Source of the DNA: a virus
Virus record (IMG/VR): IMGVR_UViG_3300045996_000464
Span: 7,289 to 71,288 of that record
Length of the DNA stretch: 64,000 nt
Direction: 5' to 3' (one strand)
In this document: positions 19,634 through 27,589 of the stretch, piece after piece
How the letters are laid out: every line of letters begins with the position of its first letter
Numbering within the stretch: the stretch's first letter is position 1
The notes under the pieces: generated by a model
What the model was told of the DNA's origin: nothing
The model's database searches: none
The model's input: the letters and a program-made list of their open reading frames with translations, nothing else
Program-made: the position numbers and the translations under genes

Positions 19634-19987
19634 ATGGCACTGACTGCATCGGAGCGCGAGACGACCATCAACATGGTGGACGATCTGGATCACATCGTGA
19701 TCAGCACGTCCCAGCGCGTCATGGTCACGCAGCTTCTCAACAACCCGAACGCCACGATCACCGAGGATGTCGTTTTCGACGGCACCCGCATGCTGACGGC
19801 TACGCTTCCGCTTGGCTCGATCACGGTGCGCAAGGCCGCAAAGGGTAGCATCCGCCGCGACAACGGCGGCAAGAAGCGCGAGATTACCGCTGCGCGCTGT
19901 GGCACCATCAAGGAAGACGGAAAGCCGTGCAAGGCCATCGCTGCCAAGGCGACGGGTTCCTGCCCCAAGCATCCGGCGAAGGTCTAG
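19634..19987 (+). CDS. hypothetical protein with C-terminal C-C-C-H zinc-ribbon-like motif
   Basis: RCGTIKEDGKPCKA...CPKH; AGGGG RBS; TATAAT upstream. Confidence 0.65.
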   Translation: MALTASERETTINMVDDLDHIVISTSQRVMVTQLLNNPNATITEDVVFDGTRMLTATLPLGSITVRKAAKGSIRRDNGGKKREITAARCGTIKEDGKPCKAIAAKATGSCPKHPAKV

Positions 19988-20098
19988 GAGGAAACATGAA
20001 GAACATCGTTGTCCTGATTCTCGATCCGCGTAGCTCGTTCAAGTCGGGCAATCAGGTTCCGTGGGTCTATCCGTTCAGCAAGAACTAGGGAGGGACTA

Positions 20099-20299
20099 AT
20101 GGCACAAAAGAACGCAAAGATGGGACACGCAAAGATCAAGGGTGGCGGCAAGGAGGTAGGTTCGAAGGTGAACCATCGCGTCACCGGCTCTGTCTCTCGT
20201 GGTTACACCGTTGTGAACGCAGCGGGTGAGGATCAGGGCTACCGACGCAACATGTGGGACGCCATCGATCTTCGCAAGGCGCTTGACAGTCGCGGCTAA
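20099..20299 (+). CDS. hypothetical protein
   Basis: GGGAGG RBS, 66 aa. Confidence 0.6.
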   Translation: MAQKNAKMGHAKIKGGGKEVGSKVNHRVTGSVSRGYTVVNAAGEDQGYRRNMWDAIDLRKALDSRG

Positions 20300-20331
20300 G
20301 TCTGTTAGACTGTAGAAGGTGATGTTCCACC

Positions 20332-20376
20332 GGGGTGGGAGTTTCCTCCTTTCCTCCCACCCCAAATTTCTTTTTG
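20332..20376 (+). terminator. intrinsic terminator
   Basis: GGGGTGGGAG/CTCCCACCCC stem followed by a T-rich tract. Confidence 0.6.
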
Positions 20377-20419
20377 TACGGACACTATAAAAGGGGCAAC
20401 GAGAACCACTAATATGTAC

Positions 20420-20448
20420 TTGACAGAGAGAACCCTGTCTGGTACACT
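20420..20448 (+). promoter_or_regulatory. sigma-70-type promoter at the start of the tRNA cluster
   Basis: TTGACA-N17-TACACT. Confidence 0.8.
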
Positions 20449-20468
20449 TTATAGACAGCAGTAAACTA

Positions 20469-20542
20469 GGGTCTTTAGCTCAGTGGAACAGAGCGGCGGT
20501 CTTCTAAACCGTAGGTCACAGGTTCGAATCCTGTAAGACTCA
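20469..20542 (+). tRNA. tRNA-Arg(TCT)
   Basis: Cloverleaf, anticodon loop CTTCTAA. Confidence 0.93.
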
Positions 20543-20593
20543 CTAGGATAGGCGGTTCGACTCCGCACCGAAAGGTTCCGGGAAAATCCGAAC

Positions 20594-20622
20594 TTGACAG
20601 CAAGATCGTCAGGTGGTAGTAT
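20594..20622 (+). promoter_or_regulatory. sigma-70-type promoter
   Basis: TTGACA-N17-TAGTAT upstream of a structured non-coding region. Confidence 0.65.
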
Positions 20623-20629
20623 GTTGATA

Positions 20630-20982
20630 GGTGCCTCCGACTCATGTGCTGGCGAGTCAACTCACCGAAAGTTTGGTGGGTAGGATGCAAAACCAAGGCC
20701 GCTTCTACAGGGTCAAGGGGGAGCAGAGAGAGCCTTTCACTCAACACGAGTGAGAACACTGTAGTAGCGCGTGGGATTGAACTACCCGCTGAGTTGCAGA
20801 AGCATGAACGAAGACTCTAGGTTCCAACCTAGGGAAACCGAAAAATGTGGAAACTCAAAGGCGGCGGGTTAGCAAGTGGCCTTTGATATATTACATGCCC
20901 CGCGCTTCTAGAGTCTTCTGACTCGACATAGTGTGATGCGATTGGTAAACGAAGTCGCCAAGGCTTCCCTGACCATCACACC
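20630..20982 (+). ncRNA. candidate large structured ncRNA (~350 nt)
   Basis: No plus-strand ORF; long-range helices GAAGACTCTAG/CTAGAGTCTTC and GTGTGATG/CATCACAC; GNRA loops; own promoter. Confidence 0.55.
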
Positions 20983-20986
20983 ATAT

Positions 20987-21059
20987 GGGGATGTAGCTCA
21001 GTTGGGAGAGCAATTGCTTTGCACGCAATAGGTCGCGGGTTCGACTCCTGTCATCTCCA
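20987..21059 (+). tRNA. tRNA-Ala(TGC)
   Basis: Cloverleaf with G3:U70. Confidence 0.95.
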
Positions 21060-21105
21060 CTTTAGCGCTAAACGTCTGGGCATAGCCGTAAAACTAACCC
21101 TTCGG

Positions 21106-21296
21106 CAGGACGTATGATCCCAGGTTGAAATTTACTGCCCTCTCAAGATAATATCTCACGACCCGTGTAAGCCGGGTGGGGTGGTCATTTGCAAGACCCT
21201 CTCCGGGTAGGAGGCCCAGCCGATAGGGCAGACATCGGCGGTCGTTACAGGCCACACTGTAACAGGGTGCGCCCTAAACAGCGTAACACGTCCTGC
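21106..21296 (+). ncRNA. candidate structured ncRNA
   Basis: GCAGGACGT/ACGTCCTGC closing helix; CTGCCCT/AGGGCAG and GTTACAG/CTGTAAC internal helices. Confidence 0.5.
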
Positions 21297-21345
21297 GCAG
21301 CCCGTTGGAGCATTGCGTTCCGCGAGGGATAGGCGGGGACACCAT

Positions 21346-21418
21346 AGGCAATTAGCTCAGTTGGGAGAGCGTCTGCTTTACACGCAGAGGGTCGGGGGTT
21401 CAAGTCCCTCATTGCCTA
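21346..21418 (+). tRNA. tRNA-Val(TAC)
   Basis: Cloverleaf, loop TTTACAC. Confidence 0.95.
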
Positions 21419-21551
21419 CTAGCGTTCGGATTCTGACGACACCGAACGTGGTGCATACACCGAAAAGTCAGCGGTGGGTAACTCCTAGAGATATGCACAA
21501 GCCGTGGCAACTGTAGCGCTCCTGATGGAGTGGCGAACCCTGCGGCTCCAT

Positions 21552-21633
21552 GCAGATATGGCGGAATAGGTATACGCGCTGGTCTTAGAAACCAGTGGGG
21601 TGACCCATGCAGGTTCGATTCCTGTTATCTGCA
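21552..21633 (+). tRNA. tRNA-Leu(TAG)
   Basis: Type II cloverleaf, loop CTTAGAA. Confidence 0.93.
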
Positions 21634-21764
21634 CTAGCTCTGGAAGGTCGAGACTTCGTAATTGCGGTCAGGCGCACAGAGCAGTAAGATCATCTCAGCA
21701 AGGTTTCTCAGGAGGGGATGGATAGCGGTTGCTGAGTGCTATCCATCCCCACAGGGGAATCCTC

Positions 21765-21838
21765 GGACGTGTAGCTAAGCGGCTCAAGGCAGGGGACTCT
21801 TAATCCCAAGATCGTAGGTTCGAATCCTACCACGTTCA
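21765..21838 (+). tRNA. tRNA-Lys(CTT)
   Basis: Cloverleaf, loop CTCTTAA. Confidence 0.92.
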
Positions 21839-21939
21839 TAGCAATGGGTACCGGGTAGTACGTGTGTGCGGCGTATCCGCATGGGCCATCGGTCAATCCG
21901 TCTAAGGTGTACAACAGGAACCCGACTTCATTGCAATTA

Positions 21940-22011
21940 GGATGCATGGCAGATTGGTTATGCAGGCGGCTCTTAACCGTCGAGATGTGGGTTCGATTCC
22001 TACTGCATCCA
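21940..22011 (+). tRNA. tRNA-Lys(CTT), second copy
   Basis: Cloverleaf, loop CTCTTAA. Confidence 0.9.
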
Positions 22012-22220
22012 CTAGTGTGGCCGGGGGCGTTCAGCCCTAAGGTAGCCGCAAGGCAAGGGAGTCTACGGACTCACTAGGTTCTAGTGACCTAGCCCTACGT
22101 CACACGCAATAGTAGCTGGTCGTGCGCCTATGACGGGCGTACATAGGGTTCGATTCCCTAGTGAGCCTGGAAGGGTCTACCGAGGGCGGCGTGGCAGAAA
22201 CCACGGATCAGTGAAGTTTA

Positions 22221-22300
22221 GTCCGTATGCTGGAATTGGTATACAGGCACGGTTGAGAGCCGTGTGCGGAAGCATCCGAGTTCGACTCTCGGTACGGACA
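22221..22300 (+). tRNA. tRNA-Leu(GAG)
   Basis: Type II cloverleaf, loop TTGAGAG. Confidence 0.92.
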
Positions 22301-22344
22301 TAGAAAGACCAAGATGCGAACGGTAATGTGTGGAGGTAATTCAC

Positions 22345-22407
22345 ATGACACTTGGTGGAATTCTAGTTGTAATTCTGATTGTTCTTGTTCTGCTCTGGCT
22401 ACTCTAA
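22345..22407 (+). CDS. 20-aa single-TM microprotein (MTLGGILVVILIVLVLLWLL)
   Basis: GGAGGT RBS; almost fully hydrophobic ORF. Confidence 0.6.
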   Translation: MTLGGILVVILIVLVLLWLL

Positions 22408-22424
22408 AGGCACAGAGCAGCCTA

Positions 22425-22498
22425 GTTCACGTAGCTCAGTCCGGTAGAGCTTTCGGTTGAAGCCCGAAGAGTCGGCGGTTCAAATCCGTCCGTGAACA
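22425..22498 (+). tRNA. tRNA-Phe(GAA)
   Basis: Cloverleaf, loop TTGAAGC. Confidence 0.92.
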
Positions 22499-22511
22499 CC
22501 TTTTGGAACCA

Positions 22512-22905
22512 CCTTCCCTGGGCAAAGCGGTAGCTCCGTGCGCCCTTATGGGTTGGTGGGTGGTATGGCGGAAAAGCGCCTAGTTGCCTTCTCGCAAGGC
22601 GGGTGGCTAGGTGTTGAACGCACGTCTGGCGAAAATCCTGGGCAACCAGGATGAGTAGTAGTCGAATGAAAGCATCATTGTTGTACCCAGGGGCTACCGC
22701 TGAGGGAGGCAATGGTGTGGGCGAGGCGCAACCTCGTACAGCGATGGCGCGGCAGCGCAGGAATGGTCGGAGAGAAACCTATGATAAAGGCAGCTTTGCC
22801 TCTCCGTGTGGGATGCCAAGACCCACTATCACATCCAAATCCTTTGATTGGATAGGACGACAGGGAGATACCACTGGGTGGTGTCGAGGCAGACAATTCT
22901 CCCAT
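22512..22905 (+). ncRNA. candidate large structured ncRNA (~400 nt)
   Basis: AGCGGTAGCTCC/GGGGCTACCGCT long-range helix; several GCAA-capped hairpins such as ATCCTGG-GCAA-CCAGGAT. Confidence 0.55.
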
Positions 22906-22909
22906 CCAT

Positions 22910-22983
22910 GCCCCATTGGATTAGTGGTTTAGATCGCTGCCCTCTCAAGGCAGAGAACACGGGTTCGAATCCCGTATGGGGTG
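22910..22983 (+). tRNA. tRNA-Glu(CTC)
   Basis: Cloverleaf, loop CTCTCAA. Confidence 0.93.
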
Positions 22984-23085
22984 CTAGCTCAATGAAGGTG
23001 GGCCGCTTTCATTCAAAACAGACTGGAATGGGCACTCACCAGAGAGTAACCGTAGGAAAATTATATGCTCCTGCGGGTTATTTGA

Positions 23086-23156
23086 TGGCGTATCGTCTAA
23101 TGGTAAGACGCGGGGCTGTTAACTCCGTTATTCAGGTTCGAATCCTGGTATGCCAG
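23086..23156 (+). tRNA. tRNA-Asn(GTT)
   Basis: Cloverleaf, U1-A72, loop CTGTTAA. Confidence 0.9.
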
Positions 23157-23266
23157 CTAAAATGAACCAGAGATGACGGGAACGACTTAGGGCGGGGGAG
23201 TTTCCCTCGTGAACAGCGAAAACTGTCGGAGAGAAAACTGGAAATCTGCGCCCTTGAAAGGCGTAG

Positions 23267-23339
23267 ACGTGTGTAGCTCAGTCAGGGAGAGCGGTCGGCT
23301 TTCAACCGATGGTCGTGGGTTCAAATCCCACCACAATGC
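23267..23339 (+). tRNA. degenerate tRNA, TTC anticodon on a Lys-like body
   Basis: D, anticodon (CTTTCAA) and T arms intact; outer acceptor stem mispaired. Confidence 0.6.
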
Positions 23340-23404
23340 AGACTTAATGGCGTGCTGCACGATCCGCAGCCGTGAAGCCTAGTCACGATACGACGGGCAA
23401 TTAA

Positions 23405-23476
23405 TCCCGGATGGCGAAGAGGAAACGCAGGCGGCTGTTAACCGTCCATTCGTAGGTTCGAATCCTACTCTGGGAG
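23405..23476 (+). tRNA. tRNA-Asn(GTT), second copy
   Basis: Cloverleaf, U1-A72. Confidence 0.92.
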
Positions 23477-23505
23477 CTAGTCTCGTAAGCAACACAGGAG
23501 ATGAG

Positions 23506-23870
23506 CATGAAGTAATGTAACAACCCTGCGTCCATAGGACACGAGGCGCGTGGCCACGAAGACCAAACCATGTTAGCCTTGAGGGAACACCTTATGTGGT
23601 TGGGGTGAATGTTACTGTCAGCCGAAGCGGGATCACGTCGCCAAGGAAGCCGGGAACGTCTTGCTAGGCAGCTAGTGCCATTGCGGTAACAGCTAGCTGT
23701 TGGGCCTAGTACAGCGAAAACTGTGCGGAGGGTCGCCCGTAAGGTAACGTTGATTATATTTGGTTTTGCTTCCCGTCGCTGCATTGCGGCTGGCGGGACA
23801 TTCATTTAGATGCTATTTATAGCTGGGCGGACAGCTAGAGCCGGGGTGATAAGCGTCGGCATCCGTCAAC
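23506..23870 (+). ncRNA. candidate structured ncRNA region
   Basis: Several helices; contains the GGGAACGTCTT...CAGCGAAAA motif; no plus-strand ORF. Confidence 0.45.
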
Positions 23871-23873
23871 CTA

Positions 23874-23961
23874 GGAGCGGTCGCATAGTTGGCCGATTGC
23901 GCGGGTTTGCTAAACCCGTATGTCTGAAAGGGCATCCAGGGTTCGAATCCCTGTCGCTCCG
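23874..23961 (+). tRNA. tRNA-Ser(GCT)
   Basis: Type II cloverleaf, G73. Confidence 0.93.
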
Positions 23962-24026
23962 TAGCTAGAAGTCGTCTCGCCGGTAAAGCCACAGGCTGTA
24001 AAGCGGAACCGTTCTCTAGCTTACTT

Positions 24027-24108
24027 GGAATGTGTCCGGGTGGTGAGGGCGCTGTCTTGAAAACAGTTGCGTCGTGAGGCGTTGCAGGTTCGAATCCTGT
24101 GCATTCCG
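24027..24108 (+). tRNA. tRNA-Ser(TGA), short atypical D-arm
   Basis: Acceptor GGAATGT/GCATTCC, loop CTTGAAA, long variable arm. Confidence 0.85.
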
Positions 24109-24202
24109 TAGAGTTAGTCCCGGTGTGTTGGCCCGTACAGCCAGAGTCCGGGCTTGACTAGGTTGATCGCCTAGGATTGCAGCATCAGAACCGCTAACTC
24201 GT

Positions 24203-24289
24203 GGTTACATCGCATAGTGGTCTAGTGCGCCCGCTTGGAAAGCGGGTTGGGAGGAAATGCCCTCGTAGGTTCGAATCCTACTGTAACCG
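24203..24289 (+). tRNA. tRNA-Ser(GGA)
   Basis: Type II cloverleaf. Confidence 0.93.
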
Positions 24290-24467
24290 TAGAGAAGATT
24301 GTAGACGATCTTGCAGTCGAAGGAATGTGTCGCCTGAGCAAGCAGCCGCATTCCAGTCTTCTCTTTAGTTTAGGTCATAGTAAGATGCGTTCGACTCGCA
24401 TTGAAAGCTTGGTGTGTCGCAGGGTCGTGCTGGCCAGCCCTCTGCGTGACTCCCTGATCTAAAGCTT

Positions 24468-24538
24468 GCGCGATACAGTCATGGCGACGAGTGGGCCTCC
24501 AAAACCTTACTGAGCGGGTTCGACTCCTGCATCGCGTG
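24468..24538 (+). tRNA. tRNA-Trp(CCA), atypical D-arm
   Basis: Acceptor GCGCGAT/ATCGCGT, G73, loop CTCCAAA; very small D-arm and irregular anticodon stem. Confidence 0.75.
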
Positions 24539-24688
24539 CTAAGTCCTTTGTTGCTTGCCGTCCGTGAGGTATCTAGAACCGTAGCGGGTAGCTCAGGGTT
24601 AGATTCCCTGATAGGGCCACAGCGCCCTAGGCTGAGGGAACCACGCCCTTAAAGCGTGGTATTCTCGGCAACACTGGACTCCGGTTTA

Positions 24689-24761
24689 GCATCGGGCGCG
24701 TCCGGTAGATGCAGCCGAGCTTATATCTCGGCAAGAGCAGGTTCGACTCCTGACCGATGTA
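24689..24761 (+). tRNA. tRNA-Ile(TAT), non-canonical fold
   Basis: Acceptor GCATCGG/CCGATGT, 5-bp D-stem, 6-bp anticodon stem around CTTATAT. Confidence 0.8.
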
Positions 24762-24879
24762 CTCTAGTGTGGCTACGTTGTGCTTGCTGGCACCATGGCA
24801 GGAAACTGAGGCTGACCGTCCCTGGCGTAGATGCGCACCACACTGGAATATTAACACCCTCTCTGACGTTGGAGTAAGT

Positions 24880-25140
24880 ATGGAAAAGACACTGTACAAG
24901 TTCTACGCAGACTGGTGCGGGCCGTGCAAGATCATGAATCCAGTGGTTGACAAACTAGTAAAGACTCATGGTCTGGTGTTGGTGTCTGTCAACATTGACG
25001 ACGAACCACATCGCGCGCACGATCACGATGTACGATCCATTCCTACGCTCGTCTTAGAGCATGAGGATGGCAGCAAGACTCGCGTGGTAGGCGTAAGGCC
25101 GTACTATGCAACCGAGCAGGCGCTAGGCTTAACCGCTTAG
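24880..25140 (+). CDS. trxA: thioredoxin
   Basis: FYADWCGPCK active site and VRSIPT; GGAG RBS. Confidence 0.9.
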   Translation: MEKTLYKFYADWCGPCKIMNPVVDKLVKTHGLVLVSVNIDDEPHRAHDHDVRSIPTLVLEHEDGSKTRVVGVRPYYATEQALGLTA

Positions 25141-25152
25141 CGTTTGCACCAT

Positions 25153-25229
25153 AGACGTGTATACCCTCGCTCTGATAAGGCGTAGAAAGGTTAGCAGGTT
25201 ACACAGTGGTTCGAATCCACTCACGTCTA
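25153..25229 (+). tRNA. rearranged tRNA-Ile(GAT) with a D-loop-like segment 3' of the anticodon arm
   Basis: Perfect acceptor AGACGTG/CACGTCT plus A73, perfect T-arm, anticodon arm CGCT-CTGATAA-GGCG; no D-arm at the normal position. Confidence 0.7.
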
Positions 25230-25412
25230 CTGGCGAAAGCCAATGTCAGGGCAATGCCTATGGACGTAGCGCTAGCCGCGACCATGGAACCGAAGGTCAG
25301 ATTGGATCGTTCTTAGATGGCCGGACTTTTCCGGTCTGCCGTTCGTGAAAACTGAAACCGAAATCCATGAGATGCTAGTAGGCGCGGGTACTGGCACCCT
25401 TTTTAGAAAGAA

Positions 25413-25569
25413 TGGCAATGCAGTAAGTGATTACAATTGGAGAAAGTGGCCGAACCCAACGGTGACCACGAGAACGTCTTGACACAAAGTGGACGAAAGG
25501 CTTAATTAGCTGAGTAGGTAGAAGCGGGTCGAGCGAAAAGCGTGCGAGTTGATCGGTGACGCATTGCCA
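25413..25569 (+). ncRNA. candidate structured ncRNA upstream of tmRNA
   Basis: TGGCAATGC/GCATTGCCA closing helix; GAGAACGTCTT...GAGCGAAAA motif. Confidence 0.5.
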
Positions 25570-25576
25570 GTTTTAT

Positions 25577-25915
25577 GGGGATGAAATGGTATCGATTGCC
25601 AAGTAAATGGCATAGTTGCGAGCAGTGGTGACCGAGGCCACTTAAATCACGGTCAAACCAATAAATGCAGAGAACACTTCTGTAGCAGACACCTTCCCGG
25701 CCGAATGGGCTGAGGATCGTCTAGCCGTCGCTGCGTAAACGGATCAACAGAAACGCAGTCCAATGGGACACCCGCGAGGCCATCCTAAATACAACGGGTC
25801 TTGCTGATTAAGGCGGCTCTTGCAGCCGTAACGGGACGCGGCACCTTAGCCAGCTACGCTCGTAGACGCTAGTTGTTTCTTGTGTAAGACGCGAGTTCGA
25901 CTCTCGCCATCTCCA
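25577..25915 (+). ncRNA. ssrA: tmRNA; tag (A)AENTSVADTFPAEWAEDRLAVAA
   Basis: GGGGATG/CATCTCCA Ala-type acceptor, stemless D-loop, 3' T-arm; ATAAAT-GCA resume site at 25667; tag ends in AA-stop. Confidence 0.95.
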
Positions 25916-26027
25916 CTTAAGTGTATCGCCCGCCCAATGCCGGTTGCCGCTGGCTACGGGGCAACGGGTACGGCGGCAACCGTATTCACAATATCGGCTG
26001 TAGGCCGAGGCGGTAGGTTATGAATCA

Positions 26028-26100
26028 AGCGGGTTACCATTCTGGTGAAAACGGGAGTCTCATAAGCTCTCCCAGACGGGTTCGATCCCCGTACCCGCTC
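26028..26100 (+). tRNA. tRNA-Met(CAT)-like, atypical D-arm
   Basis: Acceptor AGCGGGT/ACCCGCT, loop CTCATAA, good T-arm. Confidence 0.75.
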
Positions 26101-26149
26101 CCTTCGTCGCCTATCCGGTTAGGCTAATAACCCCGGTGTGGCGGCTCCT

Positions 26150-26221
26150 GGCACCTTGACCGAGTGGTTTAGGTAGTGGACTGCAAACCCACGCACGCGA
26201 GTTCGATTCTCGCAGGTGCCT
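26150..26221 (+). tRNA. tRNA-Cys(GCA)
   Basis: Cloverleaf, U73. Confidence 0.93.
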
Positions 26222-26275
26222 TGTGGTAACCCGATCAAATGACAGTCGTCATTCCTAAACTATCGGGAGGTTGTC

Positions 26276-26587
26276 ATGACCGTATACTACAGCCCTGAGC
26301 AGTGGAACCTAGAGCCGTTCGCGGAACTAGAGTTGACTGAGCCGGACTATAGCTTCGATCTGGTGGTCGTGTGGCGACACAAGGACACTGGCGAGTTGTA
26401 CTTCGCTCAAGACTCAGGATGTTCGTGCCCTTCTCCGTTCGAAGACTTCACTAGCATCGATGATCTGATCCTCTTGTCTACGGACAACGATTACGATTGC
26501 TTGATGCGTGTGACGGATCGAGCGGACAACCGCGCGAATCGTGTGAGCTTTCTACGGAAGGTTCACGCGGCGATGCAGACTGGATGA
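26276..26587 (+). CDS. hypothetical protein (DSGCSCPSPFE motif)
   Basis: GGGAGG RBS, 103 aa. Confidence 0.75.
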   Translation: MTVYYSPEQWNLEPFAELELTEPDYSFDLVVVWRHKDTGELYFAQDSGCSCPSPFEDFTSIDDLILLSTDNDYDCLMRVTDRADNRANRVSFLRKVHAAMQTG

Positions 26588-26633
26588 TGGAACGGTTGCA
26601 TGTTCGACCCATGCGCGTCCGCTGCTCGCACAA

Positions 26634-26707
26634 GCCCCTCTAGCCCAACTGGCAGAGGCAGTCGGCTTAAACCCGACACAGTAACGGTTCGAATCCGTTG
26701 AGGGGTA
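26634..26707 (+). tRNA. tRNA-Leu(TAA), short variable loop
   Basis: Cloverleaf, loop CTTAAAC; resembles actinobacterial Leu(UAA). Confidence 0.92.
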
Positions 26708-26710
26708 CTA

Positions 26711-26806
26711 GCTGTACATTGTTGGTTCGAATCCAACTCCCGGCACTCACGCCGGGATAGCGAAGTGGCAGACGCGCCCTGGCTCATAACTGGGGAGACG
26801 TGCGGT
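26711..26806 (+). tRNA. circularly permuted tRNA(CAT), Met-like
   Basis: Order is T-arm (26721-37), acceptor 3' strand TCCCGGC+A, linker CTCAC, acceptor 5' strand GCCGGGA, D-arm, anticodon arm with CTCATAA, AGAC; flanks GCTGTAC/GTGCGGT are complementary. Confidence 0.75.
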
Positions 26807-26886
26807 GTAGTCGAAGAGGGAAGGGAACGAATGTCTAAGCCAATCGGGTGGATGCTCGATAGCGACACGAAAACCTCCTGAGACGA

Positions 26887-26970
26887 GCAGGACTGGTGGA
26901 ATTGGTATACACGGCAGTCTCAAAAACTGCTGCCTTCACTGGCTTGCGGGTTCGAGTCCCGCGTCCTGTA
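26887..26970 (+). tRNA. tRNA-Leu(CAA)
   Basis: Type II cloverleaf. Confidence 0.94.
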
Positions 26971-27020
26971 CTTAAGCGTAGGTGAAAGCCCTACTGACAG
27001 CCTGGAAAGACGGGCACCAT

Positions 27021-27093
27021 GCCTCCGTAAGCTTAATGGTAGAGCTACGGTCTTTTAAACCGAGGGTTGCGGGTTCGATTCCTGCCGGGGGCA
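27021..27093 (+). tRNA. tRNA-Lys(TTT)
   Basis: Cloverleaf, loop CTTTTAA. Confidence 0.9.
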
Positions 27094-27245
27094 CTACAGA
27101 AGGAAAGAGCAAACCGTGACTGAGGAAGCTAACGGACGGATAAACACGAAGGTCGGTCGCGCCGATCAAGCTTCCTGCCCTTAATGAGTGGGTACTCACG
27201 TCGCGTAGGCCGTCCTATATCGCACCTTCTGTTTTAGATTCACAT

Positions 27246-27319
27246 GGCCCATTAGCTCAGAGGAATAGAGTGTCGCGCTTCGAACGCGAAGGTCGCAGGT
27301 TCGATCCCTGCATGGGTCG
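27246..27319 (+). tRNA. tRNA-Arg(TCG)
   Basis: Cloverleaf, loop CTTCGAA. Confidence 0.92.
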
Positions 27320-27589
27320 CTGGTGCTAGTAACGATGAGCGGAACGTAGCGTTAGGGATGAGGTTGTGGAGTCATGACGAAACAGCCAAGAGACAGCCCG
27401 TTGATCGCGTGACAGTCGCTCGTAACTAGAGTGTGAGACAGGTATGTCCGCCACGGCCTGAAAAGGAAGGTGCCTCCACCGGACGCACGATTAAGTGCAG
27501 GGATCAGGAGGGTAAATGTAACGGAGCGCTCCGAGCGACGACAGCCCCCGTTTCTTGCACGTCACCAACTTTTGTGATAGGATGTACCT

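Noticed and set aside
27356-27385. GATGAG-stem-GAAAC, hammerhead-like
   Set aside because: The core reads GGGATGA rather than CTGATGA, and I could not build stems I and III.
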